Source: Lewinellaceae bacterium (GTDB lineage Bacteria > Bacteroidota > Bacteroidia > Chitinophagales > Saprospiraceae). Taken from it: 64,000 nucleotides of DNA. The notes beneath the pieces were generated by a model. That model searched no databases. It was not told the DNA's origin and was given only the letters and a program-made list of their open reading frames with translations. A program made the translations under genes and the position numbers. Below, one piece after another: positions 26,354 to 36,155 of this stretch; the stretch's first letter is position 1, and each line of letters opens with the position of its first letter. The stretch spans positions 866,142 to 930,141 of the forward strand of contig JACJYG010000004.1 in the NCBI GenBank assembly GCA_020636215.1. The letters are read 5' to 3'.

Positions 26354-27709
26354 ATGAAAAACTTCCTATTCACCATCACTGCCCTGATGTGCTGTTACCT
26401 GCCCGCTTCGGCGCAGCACGACTCCAATGAAAGCCCCACCGCAGCATTAACCGTAGCCAATTGGAACGATTTGGCTCATTGGGAAGACTGGCAACAACAC
26501 CGACGGGCTACTTTCCAGGCCGATGCCGACAAATGGCCTTTGCCCCTGCACCAACGTTACCGCGTATTGGTAAAAAGCCTGAGTGGCCAGCCGGTGCGCA
26601 ATTGCACTGTACAACTTCTGGACAATAGCGGCGAAGCCCTCTGGCTTTCCCAAACGAATGCCCTCGGCCAGGCGGAATTGTGGTGTAAAAAGGACAAGAA
26701 GGCGGAAGCCATCCGGGTGTATTTTCAGGAGCAAGCCTATACGGTGGATAGCCCCCAGCCTTTTGAAAAAGGAGTGAACCATTTCTCCATTCCCGCCGCC
26801 TGTCAACCGCCTGCCGGCATTGACGTATTCGCCCTGGTAGACGCCACGCACTCCATGCGGGACGAATTTGACGCCGTAATTCGAGCTTTAGCTAAAAGCC
26901 AGGAAAAGGCCCGGGAAACAACCCCTGATTTCAAGATACAGAGCATGTTGTTCCGGGACTACGGGGAACGCTTTCTCACCCTGCCAATCGAGCTGGCGGG
27001 GGAAGCTGGAAAAAGGGATTTCCGTTGGCAGGCCGCCGGTGGTGGCAACGAAATGGAACCCATCGACACCGCACTAATGGTGGCCATCCAAAGCCATAAC
27101 TGGCGGCCGGAAGCAGACGCCCGCCTGCTCCTCTTTTTCACTGACGCCATTCCCAAAACGGACAAGGGCGCTGCCGAACGCCTGGCCAAAGCCCTGAAGC
27201 TGGCCTCGGCGGCCGGCATCACTATCGTACCGGTGGCTTGCAGCGGCCTGACACAAGAAGGCGAATTCCTGCTGCGCAGCCTCGCGATGGCGACCTATGC
27301 CCCCTATGCATTCCTGACGGACGGCGGCAGCCAGGGGGATATTCACCGCCGCCCGGCCATAACGGGCGAAATGGAAGAACAGTCGCTGGATACCTGGCTG
27401 ATTGGATTGATCCAATCCCTGTCCAATGTATCGGATTGCCCGGAAGCCTCCCCTTTGGCCCAACAGGCGCCATCCCCGGCTATTCGATGCTATCCCAACC
27501 CGGCCAGCGAGCAGGCCAGGCTGCAGCTTCCCGTAGCGATCAGCCGGCTCAGCGTACGCAACAGCCTGGGGCAAGTGGTGTACCAGGAAGCAGCACTGGC
27601 TGCCGGCATGCATACCCTGGATGTCCGAAGCTGGGCGCCTGGCGCCTACTGGCTGGAATTGGAGGAGGAAGGAGTAATGCAGGTGGAAAGGCTGGTGGTG
27701 GGGCGGTAG
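26354..27709 (+). CDS. vWA-like protein with a T9SS type A C-terminal sorting domain
   Basis: 451 aa with a signal peptide. MIDAS-like ALVDATHSM. C-terminal CYPNPASEQARLQLP...LDVRSWAPGAYWLELE. Starts 5 nt after the previous stop. Confidence 0.65.
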   Translation: MKNFLFTITALMCCYLPASAQHDSNESPTAALTVANWNDLAHWEDWQQHRRATFQADADKWPLPLHQRYRVLVKSLSGQPVRNCTVQLLDNSGEALWLSQTNALGQAELWCKKDKKAEAIRVYFQEQAYTVDSPQPFEKGVNHFSIPAACQPPAGIDVFALVDATHSMRDEFDAVIRALAKSQEKARETTPDFKIQSMLFRDYGERFLTLPIELAGEAGKRDFRWQAAGGGNEMEPIDTALMVAIQSHNWRPEADARLLLFFTDAIPKTDKGAAERLAKALKLASAAGITIVPVACSGLTQEGEFLLRSLAMATYAPYAFLTDGGSQGDIHRRPAITGEMEEQSLDTWLIGLIQSLSNVSDCPEASPLAQQAPSPAIRCYPNPASEQARLQLPVAISRLSVRNSLGQVVYQEAALAAGMHTLDVRSWAPGAYWLELEEEGVMQVERLVVGR

Positions 27710-27810
27710 AGGGCTGGTTCAAAGGTGGCATAAAAAAATATCCCGGAATGCTTTTACGGGTCGAAAAGGTTGAAACGCTAAATGGGCTAAGAGTTTTTTT
27801 AAACCTATAA

Positions 27811-27841
27811 CCCTTCCCTCCCGAACTGGAGTCCGGAAGGG
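27811..27841. terminator. Bulged hairpin (cccttcc ctcc ... ggag tcc ggaaggg)
   Basis: Lies between the convergent genes 26354..27709 (+) and tdk (-). Confidence 0.35.
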
Positions 27842-27846
27842 CTGTT

Positions 27847-28482
27847 TCAGGCCAACTTGCGCTTTTCAGGCTTCAATCCTTTCTCACTTTTTTCGGAGGA
27901 ATGCAGGTCCAGGATATTGCCCATGTGGTAGCAGGTGCGACAGCGGGCCTCATAAAGGTCTTTTTCTCCCAGCACCACCGTATCGGGCGTGTTGGTGAGG
28001 CGGTAGGAGTGGGTAGCCAGGTTGCCGCAATGTTTGCAAATGGCGTGCACTTTAGTGATGTACTCCGCCATGGCCAGCAGGTTGGGCATGGGCCCGAAGG
28101 GGCGGCCGCGGAAATCCATATCCAGGCCGGCGACGATGACGCGGATGCCGCGCAGGGCCAGTTTGGTGCAAACATCGGGTAAATCCGCATCAAAAAACTG
28201 AGCTTCATCGATACCGACGACGTTTACACCTTCGGAAAGCTCCATCAGTTCCGAAGAATGGCTGATCGGAGTGGAAAGAATGTAATTGGCATCATGAGAA
28301 ACCACTTTGGCGTCGTCATAGCGGGTATCTACCTTGGGTTTAAATATCTCCACGCGCTGGTTGGCAATCTTGGCGCGCTTCAACCGGCGGATCAACTCTT
28401 CTGTCTTACCGGAAAACATAGCCCCGCAGATCACTTCGATCCAACCGCTACGCTGCCCCCTGAAATGTGGTTCCAAAAACAT
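27847..28482 (-). CDS. tdk: Thymidine kinase
   Basis: P-loop [24 protein letters not shown], and the zinc ligands CKHCG...CRTC. Confidence 0.9.
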   Translation of the reverse strand: MFLEPHFRGQRSGWIEVICGAMFSGKTEELIRRLKRAKIANQRVEIFKPKVDTRYDDAKVVSHDANYILSTPISHSSELMELSEGVNVVGIDEAQFFDADLPDVCTKLALRGIRVIVAGLDMDFRGRPFGPMPNLLAMAEYITKVHAICKHCGNLATHSYRLTNTPDTVVLGEKDLYEARCRTCYHMGNILDLHSSEKSEKGLKPEKRKLA

Positions 28483-28689
28483 ATTCCTGTGCTTGCAATG
28501 TTATTTAAATAAGTAGCCCTAAAAACAAGTTGTTGGCCTCCTTCCTCATTATTGTAATATGCCCTGGCCGATAAGGGAAAGCTGTTGGCGTGCAACCTAC
28601 AATTTTATGTTCGAAAGTAAAGTTATTATTTCCCTTGGAAAACACCAACTCCTTATATTTGCGATTAACCGGCGCCAGCTCCTAAAAAA

Positions 28690-29499
28690 TTGACAATCAA
28701 AATAAAAACAAACCATAAGCCAAGCCATATGAACTTAAAGCAAGCCAATATTCTACTGGAAAAGATCAACGCCCTTCATAAGAGTATGAGCATGGACGAG
28801 GCCTCTATCGCTTCTATTGAAAAGGACCTGATGCTCTCCTATATCAAACAGCTCTACGAGTTATTTCTTCAAATTGAACCCAATAGTATCCCGAAGGAGG
28901 AGAACATTATGACTTCAACCCAGGCCAAACGGGCCTACAAACCGCCACGCATCATCGAAATCCCGGATTCGGTAAAATCCATCAATCAACAACAGCCGCC
29001 ATCTCCCGGCCCTGAGCCCGTACCCCGCCCCGGCCCGCAACCAAACCCAGAGCCGGCCCCCGGACCGCAACCAAACCCGGAACCGCCATCCCGGCCTGCG
29101 CCTCAGCCGCCTCAGCCGCCTCAGCCCGAAGAACCGTCATTCCCAGAAGCCAAGCCTTATCCTTATAAAATAGACGGGTATACCCCCGTCAGAAAAGAAG
29201 TCGCCGGACTGTTCGAATTCAGAGCGGCAACCGAGCTATCCGAAAAGCTCAGCGAACGCCCCGTCAACGACCTGACCAAAGCGCTGGCCATCAATGACCG
29301 ACTGCTCTATATGAACGAGTTGTTCGGCAAAGACCTCAACACCCTCAACGACACACTTAGCCTGCTCAATAAGTATGACAATATGGATCAGGCCAAAGGC
29401 TTGCTGGCCAACCTGGCCGAACAGTACAATTGGATAGACGAAGAGCGGCAGGTTGTCGCCAAAGACTTTATCAAACTCGTGCGCAGGCGGTATGTGTAA
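28690..29499 (+). CDS. Hypothetical protein with a central proline-rich linker
   Basis: 269 aa from a TTG start. An ATG at 28729 (MNLKQ) is the more likely start. A TATATTTG box lies at 28654..28661. The PxP-rich stretch is PGPEPVPRPGPQPNPEPAPGPQPNPEPP. Confidence 0.55.
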   Translation: MTIKIKTNHKPSHMNLKQANILLEKINALHKSMSMDEASIASIEKDLMLSYIKQLYELFLQIEPNSIPKEENIMTSTQAKRAYKPPRIIEIPDSVKSINQQQPPSPGPEPVPRPGPQPNPEPAPGPQPNPEPPSRPAPQPPQPPQPEEPSFPEAKPYPYKIDGYTPVRKEVAGLFEFRAATELSEKLSERPVNDLTKALAINDRLLYMNELFGKDLNTLNDTLSLLNKYDNMDQAKGLLANLAEQYNWIDEERQVVAKDFIKLVRRRYV

Positions 29500-29536
29500 A
29501 AAAGAAGCTCCGGACGCGTCCGGAGCTTCTTTTTTA
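29498..29536. terminator. Bidirectional intrinsic terminator: 28-nt perfect palindrome agaagctccggacgcgtccggagcttct flanked by an A-run and a T-run
   Basis: The palindrome spans 29503..29530 and lies between convergent genes. Confidence 0.8.
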
Positions 29537-29549
29537 CACCCTTTCTCTA

Positions 29550-30617
29550 TTATGCAATCGTAATATCCTTATTCAGGTAAACATCCTGGATGGCATTGAG
29601 GAGGTCAACACCATCCTTCATCGGTTTCTGGAAGGCTTTGCGGCCAGAGATCAGACCCATGCCACCGGCGCGTTTGTTGATCACTGCCGTTTTGACGGCC
29701 TGCGCCAGGTCATCCTTACCCGAAGCACCACCGGAATTAATCAGGCCGGCGCGCCCCATGTAGCAGTTGGCCACCTGATAGCGGGTCAGGTCGATGGGGT
29801 GGTCGCTGGTTAGTTCGGAGTATACCTTGGGATGCGTTTTGGCAAATTTGATGGCATTGAAGCCGCCGTTGTTTTCTGGTTGCTTCTGCTTGACGATATC
29901 CGCCTGAATAGTAGCCGCCAGGTGGTTGGCCTGGCCGGTGAGGTCGGCTGCCAGATGGTAGTCTTTATCGGCGCTGAAAGCCGGATTGCGCAGGTAAGCC
30001 CAGAGTACCGTCACCAAACCCAGTTCGTGAGCGTATTGGAACGCTTCAGAAATTTCCATGATCTGACGGCTGCTCTCTTCCGAACCAAAATAGATGGTAG
30101 CTCCTACTGCGACAGCGCCCATATCGAAAGCCTGCTCGACGCTGGCAAAGAGGATCTGGTCGTATTTGTTGGGGTAAGTCATCAACTCATTGTGGTTGAT
30201 TTTGAGCAGGAAAGGGATCTTATGTGCATACTTTCTGGAAATTGACCCCAGGACGCCGAGCGTGGAGGCTACGGCGTTACAGCCCCCTTCAATAGCCAGT
30301 TTAACAATATTTTCAGGATCGAAGTAAATGGGGTTGGGCGCAAAAGAAGCGCCGGCAGTGTGTTCGATGCCCTGGTCGACGGGCAGGATAGAGAGAAAGC
30401 CCGAGCCGCCCAGACGGCCAGTGTTGAACAGCAACTGCATATTGCGCATCACATTGGGAGAGCGGTCTGACCCCAACACCACGCGGTCTACAAAATCAGG
30501 GCCCGGAAGGTGCAGGTGTGTTTTGGAAATGGTTTTGCTCTCGTGCGCTAACAGATATTGCGCTTCCTCGCCCAGTAGCGATTCGATCTTGGAAGCTGTA
30601 TTTGCAATTGCAGACAT
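29550..30617 (-). CDS. fbaB: Class I fructose-bisphosphate aldolase (FbaB/DhnA type)
   Basis: 355 aa. Near-colinear with my recollection of E. coli FbaB ([75 protein letters not shown]). Confidence 0.93.
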   Translation of the reverse strand: MSAIANTASKIESLLGEEAQYLLAHESKTISKTHLHLPGPDFVDRVVLGSDRSPNVMRNMQLLFNTGRLGGSGFLSILPVDQGIEHTAGASFAPNPIYFDPENIVKLAIEGGCNAVASTLGVLGSISRKYAHKIPFLLKINHNELMTYPNKYDQILFASVEQAFDMGAVAVGATIYFGSEESSRQIMEISEAFQYAHELGLVTVLWAYLRNPAFSADKDYHLAADLTGQANHLAATIQADIVKQKQPENNGGFNAIKFAKTHPKVYSELTSDHPIDLTRYQVANCYMGRAGLINSGGASGKDDLAQAVKTAVINKRAGGMGLISGRKAFQKPMKDGVDLLNAIQDVYLNKDITIA

Positions 30618-30946
30618 TATTGAATGGTTTTTATTAATTGAAATAGTTTTTCCGGCAGATAGAGACTAAATGTAAGGAGAATCCGTCTTTTCCACCAATG
30701 ATCAAAATCATCCGGTTTAATTTAATTCTTCTTCGGTAAGGCTGCTTTGAAGCTTTTGATTCTAACTTTTGGTTGCCTATTTTTACAATTCGGTATTTCC
30801 GCTGCCCCCCTGTAAAGTTCGGGAGCGGCAGTGCTTTTTGAGTAAGCATTCACAGTGGCGCGTATGAGGTAGCACGGCGCGTCATGGAAGAATTCCCGAA
30901 AAAAGGAAAACCACTTTTTTTCAATAACTTTTAACCATTCAAAATC

Positions 30947-32152
30947 ATGGCAAATATCAATAAGAAAAAAGGGACCATTGGCATTCTGACCGGTGGTGGC
31001 GACGTTCCGGGCCTTAACCCTGCTATTCGGGCCATTACCATCAGAGCCTTACGCGAAGGTTATGACGTCGTCGGCCTTCGTCGCGGGTGGGGTGGAGTGA
31101 TTGATATCATTCGAGACAAAAAAGCGGATAACAGCAACAACTTCCAATATCTCACCAAAGAAATCGTCAACCGCGCGGGCCGTACTGGGGGGACTTTCCT
31201 GCACACCTCCCGCACCCGGCCCAGCCACATGTCCAAAGCCTCTGTGCCGGAACACCTCAAAGACTCGTACAATGCAGATATGAACGACCTAACCCCGGAG
31301 GTGCTCAAAAACCTGGAGTGGCTGGGGGTCGACTATCTCATCCCCATTGGAGGCGACGACACCCTTAGCTATGGGGTTCACCTCTTCACGAAAGGGGTTA
31401 AAGTAGTCGCCATCCCTAAAACGATGGACAACGACGTACCCGGAACCGATTACTGCATCGGATTCAGCACCTGCGTGACCCGTACGATCTCTATGGCCAA
31501 CAGCCTGCGGACTGCCGCCGGCTCGCACGAACGGATTATGGTCCTCGAGGTCTTTGGCCGCTATGCCGGCTTTACAGCCATGCTGCCAACTATGGCCGGC
31601 GCCGCCAACCGTTGTGTTATCCCTGAACATCCCTTTGACATCGAGCAGCTGACCGAAATCCTCGTCGAAGACCGCAATGAAAACCCCAGCAAATATGGTA
31701 TTCTCTTGATATCGGAAGGCGCCGTATTCAAAGGTGGCGATATGGTTTTTGAAGGTGTGGAAAAGGATGCCTACGGCCACGCTAAACTGGGGGGTATCGG
31801 CGACATGGTGTCGGCCAAACTCAAGGAGCTTTCTCCCAAATATAACCAGGGGCAAAAGGTTGACATCATCAACCAGAAACTGGGCTACCTCGTACGCTGT
31901 GGCGACCCTGACGCTATCGACTCTATTGTCCCCATGGCATACGGCAACCTGGCGTTGGACCTCATCCTCAACAACGTGGACGGGCGGCTGGTTGTCCTGA
32001 AAAATGGCCGGTACGATAACGTGCCCATTAGCGTGGTGACCAGTAAGAAAAAAGTGGTGGATGTCCGAAAATACTATAATACCGAAAGGCTCCGGCCTTT
32101 CTACCACAGCTTTGAAATGCAGCCGATGCTCATTATGACGAGTGAGGGGTAA
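30947..32152 (+). CDS. pfp: 6-phosphofructokinase, predicted pyrophosphate-dependent
   Basis: GILTGGGDVPGLN. GGDDT (Asp rather than the Gly of ATP-PFK GGDGS) and PKTMDND (Lys rather than Gly). These are the two signature positions reported to discriminate PPi-dependent from ATP-dependent PFK. Confidence 0.8.
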   Translation: MANINKKKGTIGILTGGGDVPGLNPAIRAITIRALREGYDVVGLRRGWGGVIDIIRDKKADNSNNFQYLTKEIVNRAGRTGGTFLHTSRTRPSHMSKASVPEHLKDSYNADMNDLTPEVLKNLEWLGVDYLIPIGGDDTLSYGVHLFTKGVKVVAIPKTMDNDVPGTDYCIGFSTCVTRTISMANSLRTAAGSHERIMVLEVFGRYAGFTAMLPTMAGAANRCVIPEHPFDIEQLTEILVEDRNENPSKYGILLISEGAVFKGGDMVFEGVEKDAYGHAKLGGIGDMVSAKLKELSPKYNQGQKVDIINQKLGYLVRCGDPDAIDSIVPMAYGNLALDLILNNVDGRLVVLKNGRYDNVPISVVTSKKKVVDVRKYYNTERLRPFYHSFEMQPMLIMTSEG

Positions 32153-32197
32153 TATAGCCCAGGGCTACGCTCCGGGCGTTTAAGGTTCAAAGTTCAT

Positions 32198-32229
32198 AGG
32201 TTTCAGGTTGGGCGGCCAACCTGAAACCT
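32198..32229 (+). terminator. Hairpin with 14-bp perfect arms (aggtttcaggttgg gcgg ccaacctgaaacct)
   Basis: Lies 46 nt after the pfk stop and is followed by tgaatttt. The arms use the GTTTCAGG word family. Confidence 0.65.
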
Positions 32230-32345
32230 TGAATTTTCCTGTCGCCCAGCATTATCACAGAAGCGCCTTTCCCGGAGAATAACTCAACAGAGGTCAACAG
32301 AAGATAGCTGTTTGTGTTTAAAAAGGAGAGTCTTAAACCAGCAAA

Positions 32346-33092
32346 ATGACTATTACACAAAAGTTTCGGGAAAGCCTGATGGCCGCGTTCTACTTCGTCG
32401 CCGCCCTTTGGGTGATCGAGCTATTCCAGTTTCTGACCGGCATCAGCCTGGGTAATTATGGCATCATTCCACGGGAAGTGGCGGGGTTGCGGGGCATTTT
32501 ATTCGCCCCCCTACTCCATTCCGGATGGCCTCATCTTCTCGCAAACACACCTCCTTTATTTTTCCTTACGCTCCTCCTGTTCTTTTTTTACCAGCGGATA
32601 GCCGTTCGAAGTTTTATCATGATCTACCTGGTGACGGGCCTGGCCATGTGGCTCTTCGCCCGGGATGAGATCAGCAACGCCGGGGTATCCCGAACGGCGG
32701 TCCATATCGGCGCCAGTGGGGTCATTTACGGCCTGGTCGCCTTTATTTTCTGGACCGGCATCTTCCGGCGCAACCTGAAATCCATCATTCTGGCCCTGAT
32801 CGTCCTCTTCTATTACGGCAGTATGTTCATGGGCATTTTACCGATCCAGAAAGATCCTAATATTTCCTGGGACGGCCACCTGCTGGGCGCCGTGGCGGGC
32901 ATCTTCACTGCTTTCTGGTTCAAAAACGTTCGGGAAAACGATGAAAACCGCCCAACCTATTCCTGGGAACAGGAACCCGAACCCGAACAACAACCTTTCC
33001 TCGACCGCGATACTTTCGAGAAAACCAGGGAACAACGCCGCCGCGAACAGGAAGAAGGCGGGAAGGATTGGTTCTCCACAGGGACGTGGTAG
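32346..33092 (+). CDS. Rhomboid family intramembrane serine protease
   Basis: 248 aa and polytopic. Catalytic GASGVIYG and HLLGAVAG motifs. Acidic and basic C-terminal tail. Confidence 0.8.
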   Translation: MTITQKFRESLMAAFYFVAALWVIELFQFLTGISLGNYGIIPREVAGLRGILFAPLLHSGWPHLLANTPPLFFLTLLLFFFYQRIAVRSFIMIYLVTGLAMWLFARDEISNAGVSRTAVHIGASGVIYGLVAFIFWTGIFRRNLKSIILALIVLFYYGSMFMGILPIQKDPNISWDGHLLGAVAGIFTAFWFKNVRENDENRPTYSWEQEPEPEQQPFLDRDTFEKTREQRRREQEEGGKDWFSTGTW

Positions 33093-33098
33093 GCGTTT

Positions 33099-33385
33099 AG
33101 ACGCATCAGACCCACAAGACGCATAAGACCCACGGACACACAAGACGTACGAGACGCATCAGACACACAAGACCCACAAGACGTACGAGACGCATCAGAC
33201 CCACGAGACCCACAAGACGTACGAGACGCATCAGACGCATAAGACCCACAAGACATACGAGACGCATCAGACGCATAAGACCCACAAGACGTACGAGACG
33301 CATCAGACACATCAGACCCACAAGACGTACGAGACGCACCAGACGCATCAGACCCACAAGACGCACAAGACCCACGAGACGCACC
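33099..33385. repeat. Tandem array of 32 degenerate 9-nt words (AGACNYAYN), 287 bp
   Basis: It fills the whole spacer from 7 nt after the rhomboid stop to the nucleotide before the ATG at 33386. One unit is 8 nt. A 27-nt super-unit (agacccaca agacgtacg agacgcatc) recurs. Track ORFs 32957..33490 and 33106..33387 are artefacts of the period-9 repeat. Confidence 0.9.
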
Positions 33386-34042
33386 ATGAAAAATAAAAAT
33401 CAGTCCAATACAGCATCCCCCGACACCCTGTACTCCCGTCTGTTTGCGCGTTTGTACAATCCTGTCATGCAGGGAACGGAAGCAAACCACCTTCTGGAGA
33501 AAAGAGCAACACTATTATCGAGAACAAGAGGCAAGGTGCTGGAGGTAGGCATCGGTACCGGCGTCAACTTCCCATTATATCCGGCAGAGGCGGAGGTACT
33601 GGGCATCGAACCATCGGCGGCCATGATGGCCTATGCCAGAAAGCGGATTCAAGAGCAACAGGGCAAGGCGAAAATAACGTTGATGCAGGCGGGCATTGGA
33701 GATGCGCAAGTAGCCGCAGCAGCGCCGGCAACCGGGTATGATTTCATCGTAACGACACTGGTTTTGTGCACTATTCCCAATCTGGAGGCTACCATCCGGC
33801 AGTTCAAAGACTGGCTCAAGCCTGGCGGACAATTACTGGTATTGGAGCACATTCGGGATGAGAGGCAACCGCATCGTTGGTTACAGCGGTCGATCACCCC
33901 TGTCTGGAAGCATCTGGCCGAAGGCTGCCATCTCGACCGCCCAACCGACCAACTGCTGAAGGAAAACGGCTTTCACGCTATTGAAGAACAATACTTCAGA
34001 TATTGGGTGACTTTTTATTGGGCAGTGCTCAGTTGGCAGTGA
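33386..34042 (+). CDS. Class I SAM-dependent methyltransferase
   Basis: 218 aa. Motif I VLEVGIGTGVNF and the post-I/II pattern of the Methyltransf_11 type. Confidence 0.8.
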   Translation: MKNKNQSNTASPDTLYSRLFARLYNPVMQGTEANHLLEKRATLLSRTRGKVLEVGIGTGVNFPLYPAEAEVLGIEPSAAMMAYARKRIQEQQGKAKITLMQAGIGDAQVAAAAPATGYDFIVTTLVLCTIPNLEATIRQFKDWLKPGGQLLVLEHIRDERQPHRWLQRSITPVWKHLAEGCHLDRPTDQLLKENGFHAIEEQYFRYWVTFYWAVLSWQ

Positions 34043-34063
34043 ACAGTTGGCAGTCACCAGTAC

Positions 34064-35941
34064 TCATCCCAGCTTCGACAGGTCTGTCGGGAAGGAGCTG
34101 ATGCCGGCAGCTTTAACCTGTTCCTGGAGTTTTTTAGCCTCCTCCAATGTGTTGAAGGCGCCAATGATCACTTTGTAGACCGTTTTTCCTCCCAGCTCAT
34201 TAATGTTAACGATAACAGGATAACCAGGAAACTGCCGCTGGAATTTTTCAACCTGAATCAGCACATTGCCGTATTCGGCATAAACACCAGCCTGAACGCC
34301 CCACCCTTTGGAAGGATGGCGCTCCACCGTAAAGCGGAACAGGCCCTGGCCGCTGGCGACCGGCGCTTCCACCTCTGCCGGCTGTGGAGCTACCTTGTCT
34401 TTATCCCGACGGCGAATGGCCTCCGCCACGGCTTTATCCGCATTGACACGTCCATATCCATACTTCAAGGAATGGCCATTGGAATAATCCGAAGGGTTTC
34501 CGATTTTGTCGGCGGTAGTTTGCAGAATATCCTTCACCTCGCGGGCGGTTAGCTCCGGGTGAGCGGACAGGATGAGTGCACAAATACCGGCTACGAGCGG
34601 GGTAGAGCTGGAAGTACCGCCAAAGTGCTTGTACAGGGGGCCACGGTCGCGTCCATCGCGGTAAAATTTGAAGGCGCCTGTTTCAGAGGCCAACCCCTGA
34701 TCCCAGGAAGCCCGGGCGGCCAGGATGGGCCAATCGCCATTGGAGGGGGCGCAGACGGATACTTGCGGGCCGCGGTTGGAATAACTGGCGTAGGTATCCT
34801 GGCTGGTGGTAGCTCCCACGGCGATCACATCGGGATGGGCGGCATAGAAGTTAACAAAGTCAAAATCGTCGTTTCCGGTAGCGAAGAGAATGACACAGCC
34901 TTTCCCATTACGCCCCTTGCGGGCCGCGCGGGCAATAGCCTCTTCCTTGATCGACCCCAGGTTGAAATTGGCGTCTGTCGTGCCCCAGCTGCAACTGATA
35001 ATATCCGCGCCATTCTCCACGCAATAATCAAACATTTGTTCGGTGGCCTGGTTGCTGAATGAAGTCCCACTGACAGGCATAAAGAGGGCATTGGGCGCCG
35101 CGCCCACCATACCACGGCCGTTGGCTGCGGCCAGGGCCACACTGGCGCAGGGAGTAGCGTGGGTAAAGCGGGGGTCGCCCATAGAAATATTGGAAGACTG
35201 GTTCCAGAGGTCAAATGGGCGGTAAACTTTGGTGCGTAGGTCAGGATGGTTCATATCGAAGCCATTATCGATTACGGCCACGACGATTCGGTCGGAGCCC
35301 AGGCTATTGAGGCGATTCCAGGCATCCACCACCTTGGCGTCGGCGCCGGGGCGGATGCGATAGTTGGTTCCGGGAATACTCCCTGTGTTTTGCAGGTGCC
35401 ATTCCTGCCCGATCAGATCATCGGCAGGAGCGCTCAAAGCGTATTCGTCCAGCAAAGTATCCAGGTCGGGTTCCGCCAGTTTAACCAGGGAAATTTGTTG
35501 CAGTGCATTGGCCACTTTCAGAGGGTTGGGCGATTGGGGCGTTACCTTGGCCAGGATGCGTTCCGGGCTTCGGCGCTGCACCAGTTCCAATTTGTACTCT
35601 TCCAGTACGATCTTTTGCTCGCCTTCACTGACGCCGTCTGCAAAGGTGATATAGATATAGCCGGTGGCGACAAGGGGCTTATTGCTGCCTTCGGCGAAAT
35701 AGACGTGGGTGCCTACTTCAACTTCCTGGTTCTGGCGCACTTCGTCCAGTTTGGCATCGATACTATCGCCATCTTTTTTGAGGTTTACGATATTGAAACC
35801 GCCCAGGTTTTTATAGGCTTCGGATTCGACGTAGTCTTTATCCTCTATGGTTCCTTCTGAGGAGGCCTTGAGGCCTACCAGAGATTGGCTCTTCTTCAGT
35901 GCCAGTTCGCTTTTTCCACTTTTAACGGTCAGTTTACTCAT
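34064..35941 (-). CDS. S8 (subtilisin-like) serine peptidase with a C-terminal SPOR domain
   Basis: 625 aa. Asp VAVIDNGFD, His FTHATPCASV, Ser GGTSSSTPLVAG. C-terminal SPOR-like WGVQAGVYAEYGN...YKVIIGAFNTLEEAKKLQEQVKAAG. I see no N-terminal signal peptide. Confidence 0.8.
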   Translation of the reverse strand: MSKLTVKSGKSELALKKSQSLVGLKASSEGTIEDKDYVESEAYKNLGGFNIVNLKKDGDSIDAKLDEVRQNQEVEVGTHVYFAEGSNKPLVATGYIYITFADGVSEGEQKIVLEEYKLELVQRRSPERILAKVTPQSPNPLKVANALQQISLVKLAEPDLDTLLDEYALSAPADDLIGQEWHLQNTGSIPGTNYRIRPGADAKVVDAWNRLNSLGSDRIVVAVIDNGFDMNHPDLRTKVYRPFDLWNQSSNISMGDPRFTHATPCASVALAAANGRGMVGAAPNALFMPVSGTSFSNQATEQMFDYCVENGADIISCSWGTTDANFNLGSIKEEAIARAARKGRNGKGCVILFATGNDDFDFVNFYAAHPDVIAVGATTSQDTYASYSNRGPQVSVCAPSNGDWPILAARASWDQGLASETGAFKFYRDGRDRGPLYKHFGGTSSSTPLVAGICALILSAHPELTAREVKDILQTTADKIGNPSDYSNGHSLKYGYGRVNADKAVAEAIRRRDKDKVAPQPAEVEAPVASGQGLFRFTVERHPSKGWGVQAGVYAEYGNVLIQVEKFQRQFPGYPVIVNINELGGKTVYKVIIGAFNTLEEAKKLQEQVKAAGISSFPTDLSKLG

Positions 35942-36089
35942 AAAGCTGGATTAGGTGGTGGTTCAGGGCTTGGGCTTTGCCGGGGCTGGTAATATTGTGG
36001 CCAGCCGAATATTCACTGCTAAATATACATAATCTTGAGATATAGCAATTAAATTCCGGGAAGCCTTGCCATTACTCTTGGTAGAAAAC

Positions 36090-36128
36090 GAAAAAGGCTG
36101 AGCGGCGGTATGCCGTCCAGCCTTTTTC
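36090..36128. terminator. Hairpin gaaaaaggctg ... cagcctttttc (11-bp outer arms, flanking A-run and T-run)
   Basis: Lies 28 nt downstream of the stop of the ECF sigma gene on the minus strand. Confidence 0.6.
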
Positions 36129-36155
36129 AAAGAAGCAAGTTTCGGAGAACATTAT

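Noticed and set aside
33099-33385. Possible CRISPR array or coding repeat (track ORFs of 177 and 93 aa)
   Set aside because: The unit is only 9 nt, there are no unique spacers, and no cas genes are nearby.
The ORFs are open only because a period-9 repeat lacks stops, and their peptides are low-complexity.
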